A stretch of 64,000 nucleotides of DNA from Antedon mediterranea (Eukaryota; Animalia; Echinodermata), in the NCBI RefSeq assembly GCF_964355755.1, contig NC_092679.1, positions 24,721,432 through 24,785,431 of the forward strand, written 5' to 3'. The notes below the pieces were generated by a model. It was not told the DNA's origin. It worked only from the letters and a program-made list of their open reading frames with translations, and made no database searches. The translations under genes were made by a program, and so were the position numbers. Shown piece after piece: positions 49,701 to 61,840 of the stretch (its first letter is position 1; every line of letters starts with the position of its first letter).

Positions 49701-52700
49701 TGATTTAATTCGGTTAGGTTATGGATGTTTTTGTCCATGTCTATTCGTTTGTTATGTGATTATTTTATTTAGAAACTGCTAAATGACCATGAACAATTCT
49801 TTTTGTTCAAATTTAACCGTCTTTCGATAAATAAAATCACAATGTTTGTTTTTTTTTCTACATAAGTTAATAACTTAACTGTTACAATTACAAGATGTCC
49901 TATTCAAAGTCTGATTTTACTAATAATTTTTTTTTCTCATGTTTTGGGGACTTTAACAGTTTAACTTTTACAGTACTATTTTAGGATCTCTTCAACGACG
50001 TTTGCCACTCTTCTCTTTCTATGAATTGAACAATCTGCCTTTTATTTCCATTAACATCCTTCTGTTTTTATATTTGTTCAACTTAATATATGCCATATAC
50101 GGAAAAGATTAACAATGTCTACAGTAATTTCTGATACCTCTTCAAAAATGGTATCGCCGGGATGTTGTTCCTCTCCTGAACAGCCTGCCTGGCACACAGT
50201 TTGCGATCTTTAGAATTTATGCAAAGACGCGTTTAATTGTTGTCAAGAACTTACGATAATCATCTTGTTGTTGCTTTATATTAAACATCTATCAAGGTAA
50301 ACAACTTCTTTCATTTTTTTATTTTACTTTATTGTTTCACGGGGTATTCAGTCAGATTCAGTTCTTCTGAGTGAGTAAAATTCCCAGGGCGGACCAGGTG
50401 ATGTCGTGCTGCTAAAGATGCTTGGTCAGAAGCATTTAAAACTTTAAAATATGTAAGTAATGTTGATGTAATAATAACGTCAAATAATGAGTTTATTTTG
50501 GTTTCAAAATTCCGCATTTTACATGGGTGGCGTTTCAACTTTTTTGTTTCTGATTGTCAAAAGATTGAAAATAAATAAATAAATAGATCGTTCACTATTA
50601 CGCCAGCCGAACAAGTACCCGTTAATATTACGTTTTCATAATTTTTGAAATCTATTGACCAATCAACTCGATGTCCTGTAGTTGAGTCTCTTTTAAAACT
50701 TCATATCTCGTTTGGTGTCGAATTATTATTTATATAGTTTTAGCAATGATTTTGCTTATTCTTTGTCATCATTTACCAATATTATATTATACATTAATTG
50801 TTTGAAATTAAAGTCACTGCTAACAGATGGTTATCGGATACTGTAAATGTTGTCGTAAATAACTGAAAATTATAAACAGTAGGCCTACATGCCGTATTCA
50901 TGGTAGTAGTTTGTACTGTATTCAAAATAATGTTCAGACTGGAAACTACCTATAAAAGAGAAATTTTACCAATCCTTTGAAAATAATATACTTTGAAATC
51001 TAAACATCCCGTATAAATGTATTATTGTTTTTTATGTGATATAATCTTGGTATTGAACAACTTTCGGGTCTGTGTGATAGCAATAGATATAATGGAAACA
51101 AATATTTGAACCCATTTATCCCTATTCTTAATTCAAAAGCTACCCTATCAATTGGTCTCGTTCTGGAAGATTAGATGGTAAAGGCAAAACCAATAATTTT
51201 TATAGGGAAAGAACTTGAAGATATTCTACAGACATTGCCTTTATCTAGATAGGTCTGTGATGAATGGTTAGTAAAGTTGAATGATCAGTAGTGATGATTT
51301 GGGCCTGGTGTATTGACATAATGTCAACGTTTTATTATGCTATTGAACGTACACACTTATATTAAATACTTTATTGAAACTACTTTCAATAAATTACCAG
51401 GCTAAACAATTTTTTTCTATAAAAGTTCATATAAGAATAAATGGAACATTATGAAAAAGTATAACAGCTATAACAAAAATTTAAAAATTAACCAGTGAAG
51501 TGAAGAGATCAAGGTAACAATGTACGGTAATATTACTTTTTTTTTAACGCCATACACAGAAGTGACTGAAAGTCAAAACATTTTTAATAAAATATGACGA
51601 CATTTGGAACACTGGCAAGTTACACAAGAACAACCACCAAGAACTTGTTCGATATAAATGTATTTAAAGTATAAATACTGGAGGCGTTTAACGTTTCGTT
51701 ATTTAAACAATTCTACAAAAGCACAATACGTTGGAAATATAATTGTTTGTGGTGATCAGCGTTAAAATTTACAATAATCAAATTATCGACCTTTGAGGGC
51801 CGGTATTAAGTATCGTTAAATCTAACTGTTTAACATCAAGATCAATTTTACGAATCAAACTATAAAAATAGAGTAAGTTCAATAAACTTTCTTCTGTAAG
51901 CAACGGTTATAAAATTCAAGCAAAACCACAATTATATATAAGAAATAGACATGTAAGATTAAACCTTTAAATATTCATGCGGGTGTTATTGGAATTACTA
52001 TATTCGTCAATTAAATACAAAGCGGTTATAAAATACATTATAGATACATTTGCTGAAGTATTCCTTTTACATTTTCTCTATAAAAGTTCAATCCAAACGT
52101 GTGTGGTTATAACGGTATGAAAGTGTGGGAAGAGTATCGGTGTTAATCATTGCGCCAATCCGGGTTTTGTACGGTACCAAATAGTATACGATCTTTGTCG
52201 GCAGTCCAGGCCTAATCAAATTATTAAAAAATATAATAAGTTTGGGAATATTCCATTGGGTTCAACTCCAAAAACACCATGAGCTTTGGTGTCTTCGTAG
52301 CCAATCAAAGCTGAGCTTTCTCGTGATCGGCTGTGTGTTTCTAAATTGTGGTGGTGCTTTGATTGGTTGATGCAAATCGCCTCATAGAATGTCACATGGT
52401 CTATCTGCACTAAAAAATACGGTACGGTAACTACTGTACTTAATAATGGGATATGTACATTTTCGAATTCGACTAAACAAACAACATAACATTTTGTTAA
52501 CATTTCACATAATATTTCATGTCAAATGTCATAATTATTCACCAACAGAGGGCGTAATTTGACTGTAAATATTACTTCGTTCACCTTCGCTTATAAAAAT
52601 TAAGATGATTTTCAACTTAAATTATATAGGTAACGTCATCTTCAAGCGATTGTATAACATCCTAAACTTCGTTTTGATATCATTATTATCAATTGTTGCA

Positions 52701-54848
52701 TTGCAATGACCCCGGGCTTTCTCGGACAATGTAAAACTGCAGGAACGACATGGTAGCTGGTAAAAATGTTCTACCAGAAAATTGGAGACGCATTACTTTG
52801 CTAGGTCAATGCAAATAATATTAACTACATAGATAATGTGTCAGTGTTGATAATGGATGGGTTTGAAATGAAATGTGACATTAGGCAGATACCTTCCTGC
52901 ATTAGGTTGTCAACAGTATTATTTTAAATTGAAATGATGGCATTGGTAAAACGAAGTAATAAAGTAATCGCAGATGACACAGTCCTGTTTGCAGGAAAGT
53001 GCATAATATGTAGAGGTCACGACTACGATCCTGCTCGAGCTGTACCGAATTTCATCAATTTTAAATAATTATAATTGACAACATAGACATTTGCACCATA
53101 TCTGGAAAACCACCCTTAGGCTAAAACCGTTTAGATATTATACATTATATAATTACATTTGTCAATTGAAGTCAAGATCTTATTCGTCGATCTGTCGCGG
53201 TGATAAAATAATTGAAAAAAAAAACTAAGTATTATTTAAGTTAAGATAAAACGGTTCAGTAACCATTTGTTTAATCAATCAGTTTCAGAATCTAAATCAG
53301 CAATTTAAAACAAAATTGCAGACAGAGCCCAAATAAAATAAAATTAACAGTGGCCTTGAACTGCGGCAACAAAAGTGAAATCTGATTAGAGAGTACCGTC
53401 TAAACTTAAGTTGTTTCTGAATTACTCGCCCCATCTGTGGTTTGTATTTTCGCATACAAAATTATCTTTTAATTGTGAAAAACTGCTGCATATATTATTG
53501 ATTCAAATCATGGAAACGTGAAAACGTTTATTAAGCAAGATACACATTTCTTATGTCTAATAAATATAACTGTAGATTTGCTGTATATAATTGGAGTAAA
53601 CTCATGGAAAGTATTTTTATAAGAAAACTAACTCAATTTATCTCAGCATGGTTTTGTTAAAGAGAAATAACTTTGGTACAAAATTAGTCTGGGTTGTTAT
53701 CAGACAAAAATCAAAATAAAAAATAAGACATGAATAAGACGATGAATACAGGGGGCAAGTCTAGTCCAAAATGTACAAACTTGTACCAAGGTAATCTAAC
53801 AACATAACGCCGAGTTCATCTTGCAAAGATAGCAATTCCTTCAATCTTTTGATTGGCGACAAATTCATAGTAGTTTCTCTTACAGCCGCTAATGTTTTTC
53901 ATTCAAAATTCATCCTAACTTTAATTATTTTAAGACATTCTCGGAAAATTCTTAATTGCTCTAATTTAATTACAGGAGCTCACTGAAATATTGTGTTCTT
54001 CAGCCATACCATAACAAGTTGTTGACTTTGTTTTTCTTCAATCATTTCTATTCACATGTTTTACCTAATCTAAATTACTTTTGTCTTGTCACCTGTTTTG
54101 TACGTTATATTGTGGTCATTTGCATATTTTCAGCCAGGTGTACTGTCTGCGTTGGTTTTTTGTATTTTGTTTTGTTCAGTGTAGGCTATGCTGTGAAGAA
54201 ATAAGGACGATTCCCTTTTGTGTATTAGTAGCTTTTTGGTAAGCTTGGCTACCATTTGTTGTTTTTAATTTATGCTACTATAATTCATTGCTATACTTTA
54301 TAGTAGACCTAGTTCAATTTTTAATAGTAACAAACAAACAAAACAAACAAACGTGGATAATATCACATTTTAATTTAAATAGTGCAAAGGCACAGGCGTG
54401 CATTATAGGCTTTGAAAATGGCGTTGTAGTCCATTGTTGCAATAAAGAAAATCAGACGATGTGTATGTTGGTTGATGATTTCAAGGGAAGTCAAATAACA
54501 TCGAAACTAAAGTCATTATCATTAGAGCAACATAATGTTTAAACCGTAGGCCTAACTGTATCTGGCATTGTCCAGTGTGGATTGTTGTTCCATGAATAAG
54601 CTACTATTTTATAAGAAAACACATCGCCATCGGCCTTTAACAACATTCCAAGAAATAATTGGGCAGACCTTTATCTATTAACTAAAGATATACTACATTA
54701 TTACAGTACTTTTATTTCATTAGTAAAGTCAGTAATCTATTCTTCAGACACCTCATTTCCGTTTCTCAAGTGCTCTCTATTTAATTTTTTATATAAATAT
54801 TTTGTGCTATTATCCCCCTCTCATTTTCCCCCTTTTTAGTGGATTACT

Positions 54849-55498
54849 ATGGCATCTCAATTACTAAGATCAACTTTTCAACAAACAAAAAAGCTACTAG
54901 GATGTGGCTCTTACATTAAGCATCAACGTGTCGCTATCCGAAAGCAGTGGATGTCGCAATTACCGAAGTCTGACGCAAGCCATGTGCCACCAGCGTTTTT
55001 AAGCGCCGAAAATAAATGGCTCTCACTTCAATTTGATCAAAATCAGAAGAATTATCCATATGTCTGGCTGAGAGATAACTGCAAGTGTAGTAAGTGTTAC
55101 CACGAGGTAGCATCACAAAGGTTATTGCAGTTCGTTGACCTGGATATTGATGTTGAAGCAAAGAGTATGCATGTAAGTGAGAGTGGAAAGGATATTTTCA
55201 TCAACTGGTCTGATGGACATGAAGGTTTCTATCCGTTGTCCTTTCTTGAAGGCGAACATTTTCCAGCATTCTCCGATCCATTACGTCAGGTGAAACAAGA
55301 ATTGTGGGGTAGTGAGTTGCAAGGACAAATCCCTACTTTTCAATTCTCTGATATATTAACAAAGGATAAAGATCTGTTTGCGTGGTTAACTGCATTGCAC
55401 ACGAAAGGGTTTGCAGTTATAGAAAATGCGGAGCGTGAAGTGGGGCAAATACACAAAGTTGCCGACCGAGTGGCGTACCTAAAAAGAACATATTACGG
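54849..55498 (+). CDS. BBOX1: BBOX-like coding exon 1
   Basis: ATG lies 9 nt after a strong acceptor (cccctttttag|54840), implying an upstream non-coding exon; ends KRTYYG with donor GG|gtatgt. Confidence 0.88.
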
Positions 55499-58400
55499 GT
55501 ATGTATTATTTAAAGAAAGTAGAAAATGTTATCCTTAAAATAACTCAGTTTGTCCATACAAATGTTGGTGACAAAATGTTACTCTTGGAGGTGAGTGGAT
55601 GCGGGCGGTACTCTTCAGCAGCATTATTACCGAGAAAAAGTGATCTACATGGATATTGATTTTATCCATGATTTACCTAAATATTTAAGAGAGTGGGAAA
55701 GAAACGAATGTTGGACAACTTATTATTTTAAATAAATCATTAAAGTAGCAGGTTTATGCTTTTTGCTCAACAAAAAGCTACTACGAATCTTGAGTGTTAC
55801 CAAAAAAATATCTTTAGTATTTGCTACACAATAGGTTTTAATTTATAGACGCTTTTAACATGCTTTAGAACTACTCGATGATTATCAGTAATAGTATTGA
55901 AATATATCAAATAATATTTTTGTTTTAAGAGATACGTTTCAAGTGACTGTTAAACTGGATCCAAACAACATTGCGTGGACAGGTACAGGCATTGACTTCC
56001 ACTCTGATCTTTGTGCTCTGTACAACCAACCAGGAGTAAGTACATGCTTATATTTCCAGGTTTCTTTATTTAGCAGAGAAGAAAAAAAGTAGGAAAATTC
56101 AAGTCGTGAGAAAGTGCTTATAGTCTTAGCTAAATGATTGAACTCTATTGTGTATTTCTAAGACACGAAGCAACGCACTGTATGCTCCTTTCATTTATTC
56201 AGCTAATAAAAATACAATAAACATTACAATACAAAAAAAAAAGAATTTAATCGTTGGCCAAGGACGCCAGAAGTAAACTAAATAAATAATTTATAGCTCG
56301 CGGGCCTGGCAGTCCAAAACTAAAGAAAGAAATATTTCTTACAAAAAAACGCCGCTCCACTTGTTGGCGTAACAATTTTTATTATTGTTCTTCATAGTTA
56401 TGTTTTTTATTGATATTCTATTTAATAATTTAAACAATACTGACTTATTATCAATTATTTCTAAATTGCTTACCTGCTGTAACATACTTATCAATGATTT
56501 TCGGCATCCTTAATTATTTAACGTAATTAAATTTAATTATTTAAATTTTGAGTTTATATTTTATAGATGCAGATGCTTCATTGCATAAAGCAATCGTCAT
56601 CAGGAGGGAGCAATATCTTGGCTGATACATTCAAAATTATACCAGAGTTACAGAAAGAAGAGCCAGATGTTTACAATACTCTTAAAAACACACTCTTTGA
56701 GTTTACAGACATTGGCACAGAATTCAACGATTTCAACTTCAGAAGCTCCAAGCCTGCATTTAGGTACATTTTAATATCATAAAAAGAACAATTGCAAGTT
56801 ATATTACACGACGGAACACAGAAAAAATAATTTGATATTGTGATATTGTTGCATGCAATGCCTATAATATAGTCCTATACAGATACTTGGCAACGTAAAT
56901 ATTTGACCAATCATAAGCGATTCGAACAGTGGCTTGTCATTGGTCAACTCGCTTGCACGTACATACTTGCGTTGCGTCTCTAGTGGGAACCACATAAGTA
57001 AATGAACAAAAAATGACGATATAAGTTCTAATAAAGTTGTAATTGTTATGTAGTTATGATTATGAAGGACACCTTCGACAAGTAAGCATCCATTTTGGTC
57101 GTCACCATAGTATGAATGTTCCTGCTGACAAAGTTTATGATGTCTACAAAGCCCTTAAAGTGTTTTTTCACTATCTTCACAAAAAAGAAAACATGGTGGA
57201 ATACAAAATGTCTGAAGGTAAATACACTTTTATTTGCAGATTTTAATAAAGGATTTATAATGCGTAATTTAACTGCTAAATTGTTCGCGCCTATATGCCT
57301 AATAATATAAGTTTTATTAAATATAACTTGAATATAAATAATTTTTTGTTAGCAGATTTATATAAAGGGTAATAATGCGTAATTTAATTGCTAATTTGTT
57401 CGCGCGTGACTTTGTATTTTTTTTTTTTGTAGTTCTCAAAGACTACAATATTATAAGTTTTATTTACAAAAGTTACTTAAATATAAATAAATGTTTTTAC
57501 TTGCTAATTTAACTATTATTAATGAACTTTTAACTTGAATTAACAGATGATGGTAGGTATAATATTATTGAATCTGTATTTGATGCATACCTACCAAACA
57601 TTGCACATGCGCCAGTATTGCGCCTGCGCGAATCTCATATTTTCAACGCTTCTCTCAGGCTAACGCATTTCTTTAAAACTAGGCACAAAATATTTGTTGT
57701 TTGCAAAAGAAACTAATTTGTCAGTAAGCATAACATTATTGCAAGTGAATTAAGGGTACCAACAAATCACCAATCATGAATGAACATAACTTGTTCGCAA
57801 TACAAAAAGGCTACCTAAAAATAGCAGTAAATACTGAATTGCGGCAAAACAAAGAATATACATTCTGCATGCAAAAATTTAAGCAAAATATTAATTTTAT
57901 AATTACCAGTCTTTTACTAAACCCGGGATGAGCAGGGATAGAACTCAAATCTGTCGCAAGCATACATAATTCAAGTGGGTTGGGGATATTAACTCTATCA
58001 GAGATTCAACTATTTTTTAAACGCATATCGTTTTAAATTGTAATTGCTTGTATATATTTGTATTACGGAGAGTATTTTGTATTTAGAAACCAGTCCAAGT
58101 GACGTTCAGATTTAGAAGCAGACAGCTTTTTACATAGTGTACTTCTACGATTGGACAGTCTCTCCAAACCGAACTCGCCCAACAAGGCATTGTCGTACGA
58201 GGTATACTGGTTTCCTACAGATCCGTTTCTGGACTTGTTCAATTTGTGCTGTTGTTGAGTAAGATCAAGATGCCACGACGGGGGCAGCATACTCAGCAAC
58301 AGGTCAAACATAGATGTCAACAAGTTCAGAAGCATTGAGACCAGCTCTTTTAGTGACAATCAACATTTTTCGATTCGATTTACAGTAAGCGGTACAGTAC

Positions 58401-59713
58401 GTGTTACTTGTACATTTTAAATTATCATCAAACATGATGCCAAGAAGTTTAACCTGTAGAAAACGGGTAACAGATGGTTAGATATACGTATGTCGATGCC
58501 TGGAAGATGTCGATGACCAAAATACAACCTGCTTTTACTGGCCTTTAGATAGATTTAATTTAAGTTCATCATTCCATTGATCAAGGGGGCTAAACACAAG
58601 TTAATTTTCTTCAATGATTTGGTCGTCGATATATTTCCAGGCATCGATTGTCAACACCTGTCAACGAATCATTACAGTAGTAGAAAACTATTGCTAAGAA
58701 TATCAAAGCAGCCAGTGACGTAACTCGGGAAACTCCTCCAGTCAGCACAGCCCAGTCCACGAAGGATTCCTCCTTTGATTCTGTGATTTGGCCCTTGGGA
58801 ACTTCCATAGCATTGTGTTTCACCTGTGATTTGGGCCCTTGGGAACTTCCATCTTCTTCTGTCTTGTCGTACTCAATCCCCCAGCCTTTCAATGTTAGTG
58901 CGTTGGATATTGTGCCAACGTTGTTATTTTCGAGTTACTGAAATAAAATGTTAGGAGCCATATTTTCAACCATTCTTTCAGCCGTCATTTGAAATTCAAA
59001 ATGATGTCGATGGCTGGTTGAATAAATGGCACTTAATGTTTTATATTCAGTAACTTAGATATAACAAAGTTAGCTGTAGTAAAAAAAATATAAAACAACA
59101 TGGAAAACCGAACCAACTTCTATTTCTTAATTTTGACCATCATAATGCAGAGGATCATTTTACATTGTCTAATTGAGAAATCAATTTTGTTTGGTTTTTT
59201 GACACGTAAAAAGGTCAAAATCATAAAATTCAGGAAAAAAATAGCCATGAAATTAAACTCAACTGTGTTTAATTGTAAAGTAGTGGGTGCAAGTTTTATT
59301 AAATTATAAAGAAGATATTTACTGTTTTATTTAAATTACGCTAGTTGTTCTCTCCTATAATAAGTTTAAATAAACTCTGTTCTCAATTGATTGCATTTTA
59401 GTAATACCCAGAGATCCGTTTTTCAACTTTAATAAATAATTGCCAACAATTCCCTTTCTGTAGAGGCAAAATTGATGACCCAACTACTCCTAATGTCCTT
59501 TCCATCAATGAGACCATGTTTATTAATTTAAATTATATTCTTTTTAAAGGAGATATTATGTGTATGGACAACAGACGTCTGGTACATGGTCGTGCAGAGT
59601 ACAAAGTAAATCCATCAGTTGAAGGTGTACAGCGCCACCTGGAGGGAGGTTACGTTGACTGGGATGAGCTGAATTCCTTTTATCGTGTGCTGCTCGAAAG
59701 ATTTACAAAATAG
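54849..59713 (+). CDS. BBOX1: Gamma-butyrobetaine dioxygenase-like Fe(II)/2-oxoglutarate oxygenase, 5 coding exons, 426 aa
   Basis: Exons 54849-55498, 55930-56035, 56567-56763, 57054-57217, 59550-59713 are phase-consistent. N-terminal Zn motif WLRDNCKCSKC...WSDGH, HxD motif FHSD, MLHCIKQ, DNRRLVHGR and RHLEGGYVDWD match the BBOX family. Confidence 0.88.
55930..56035 (+). CDS. BBOX1: BBOX-like coding exon 2 (HxD motif)
   Basis: DTFQVTVKLDPNNIAWTGTGIDFHSDLCALYNQPG; donor |gtaagt. Confidence 0.88.
56567..56763 (+). CDS. BBOX1: BBOX-like coding exon 3
   Basis: MQMLHCIKQSSSGGSNILADTF...FTDIGTEFNDFNFRSSKPAF; canonical splice sites. Confidence 0.88.
56905..56991. mobile_element. MITE family B partial copy
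   Basis: Ends TTGCGTTGCGTCTCTAGTGGGAACCA, matching the right end of 59831-59964. Confidence 0.55.
57054..57217 (+). CDS. BBOX1: BBOX-like coding exon 4
   Basis: YDYEGHLRQVSIHFGRHHSMNVPADKVYDVYKALKVF...YKMSE; donor G|gtaaat. Confidence 0.85.
58075..58770 (-). mobile_element. Decayed LINE reverse transcriptase relic in the last BBOX intron
   Basis: Minus-strand frameshifted remnants: DWAVLTGGVSRVTSLAALIFLAIV (degenerate GVPQG region), WKYIDD (~58622-58639), VKLLGIMFDDNLK (~58415-58453) and a C-terminal SYDNAL..FGLERLSNRRSTLC. Confidence 0.75.
59550..59713 (+). CDS. BBOX1: BBOX-like coding exon 5
   Basis: GDIMCMDNRRLVHGRAEY...RHLEGGYVDWDELNSFYRVLLERFTK*. Confidence 0.9.
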
Positions 59714-59830
59714 TGACGTAAGCGGCCAGTCTAAAGTGGACTGTAAAATGTAAATACAAATAAATACACGGGATATGGCCAAATAATGGCTCTTCCTTTT
59801 TTTATTTGGCAAATGTCATGTTTAAGATCA

Positions 59831-59964
59831 GTTCCCACTAGGATGCAACGCAGGGCCACAGGCCGCAACGCAATCACAAGCGCGATTCAACTGTAGCTTG
59901 GCTTGCGATTGGTTAATTAAGTTGCGTTGCGACCTATGACCTTGTGTTGCGTACTAGTGGGAAC
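59831..59964. mobile_element. MITE family B, fold-back, just 3' of BBOX stop
   Basis: GTTCCCACTAG.A.GCAAC ... GTTGCGTACTAGTGGGAAC; a partial related copy lies at ~56905-56991. Confidence 0.7.
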
Positions 59965-60939
59965 CAATATTATTAGACCTACTCAGTGATCAGTTTGGAG
60001 GTTCAGGTTTTGATCTAGTGCTACCACTAATTTAAATAAAAACTAGAACCACAAATGGTACTGTGAGTCTTAACATGCAGCTGATAAAACAATTGTATAT
60101 AATTTTATTCGGCAAGTTCAGAAAAGTAGGCCTAATAAAAATGTATAAATTTCATCTATAGGAATTTGCCAAAACAGAATAACTGCTTTAACGTTAATCA
60201 AATATTTAAAAAAAACATAAAAAGATAACTAATAATGTCTTTGTGAACAAAGTCTTTGTTTTCTACTTTATTCTTTTATGCAAAATGTATAAATTGCACA
60301 GAGTAGCCAAGCTAATGAAAATGAAATAAAATACTAGTATTCACAATTTGCTATCTGGCTTGTCTGTTGATCTGGAGTTTGTTTCTTGCGATATAGTAAG
60401 ACCTGATCAACCGAAACCAGGCCTACCAATAATTTTGTTTCAATGTGTCCTTTTATCCGGGTCATTTGTTCCTTTCACTAATTAAATATAACCCCAATTG
60501 AAGAGTATAGATGTAACACTGTGACCCACACAGAACATAAAAAAACTGACTACATAAAAAAGTTATTGCACAAAAGATGATGACGACGACGACGTCGGAC
60601 TTTGTTCTGAAATAAAGGTTGATTCTTTGATTGCTGATTTAATTAATTGATTGATAAGCATTAATTGACTGATAAGCTAAATCAACTACAGAAGGAACAA
60701 TGAATTCAATCATAATAATACATGCTTAACCCTAAATATATCTCTTTAAAAAATATATATATATACAGTATATATATATCTTCCATAAAAAAAATCCGAG
60801 AGATTCCAACCCCATCTACAGCTGAGAGCATTACCCGTTACCCCTTTTATACCTCCATGATTGAACAGCCGACAATAGTCTATTTATACGTGCTTCATAT
60901 TACGAACAAAGCTGTTATTAACCTTTTTATAAACAATAT

Positions 60940-61200
60940 GCTCGTGCGACTGAGAGTCGTGTTAACAATACGAATGTCGTGGGTTCGAATCCCACGATGG
61001 TCGGTGGAATAGAGTTAAATCTGTGTGCGAGCTAATAACTGTGTTTAGGGTTCACAGAATTATACGTCCACCTTTCCACTACACATCATGAGGCGACAAC
61101 ATCAATGCATCTGGTGATGTAATGGAAACGACCCCAAAAGGCTGACGGGGCCTTAGTGCTGAGGCATGGAGAACGCGTGTAACATCTTTTTTTTCTCTTG
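60940..61200 (+). mobile_element. SINE-like element with tRNA-like B box
   Basis: TCGTGGGTTCGAATCCCACGA T-arm/B-box hairpin at ~60977-60997 followed by a GC-richer body; no complete cloverleaf. Confidence 0.45.
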
Positions 61201-61840
61201 CTTACGCCACCACCTCCTTCGATCTTGTAAATGTTATGTTTAGCGCCCTCAATTTTAAGAACACTCGCGTCAAAATGGCAAAAAATTATAGAACATTTGT
61301 AAAGATATTTTATGGAGGCTTTCGACCAATTTCGAAGTTGGACTACTAATAGTACTAATCCGCCGTCGGGCTAGGAAGCCGAGTTTTTAAAGTAGAGAAA
61401 GTCCCATCTAAAACTTTGAAGTCGCGCTGTTTTAATTTTATAATTTACCATGATCACATGAATTGCATGCATTTTTATTCCTCGCTGGCTCGCGCTTTGA
61501 CAATACTCACCACGTAGTTTCGTTTCATATCTCAATGTAGTTTCTTAAGATTCTTATATATTTTGTTATATTTTTGTTATGATAATAAATCATTATTTAT
61601 TAATTCATTATTAAATAGAATTAGACTAGGGCATTTAAGACTATATTTTACATTACACAAAATGTTTACGGTACTTTACTGACGGTTAAACTAAAACAAT
61701 TGATAATTTTTATTATATCTAAATATCATTTAAAAAAAGCATCATTTAATAAAGAAATAATAATGAAACCCCTAGGCCTAAATCAGCATCACTACCTAGC
61801 CTAGGCCTAAGACTAAGAGGAATATTATTTAGATCATTGA

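Noticed and set aside
37080-59713. Functional cluster or operon of FANCM, K2P and BBOX
   Set aside because: The functions are unrelated and the genes are separated by 2-11 kb; shared orientation alone is not evidence.
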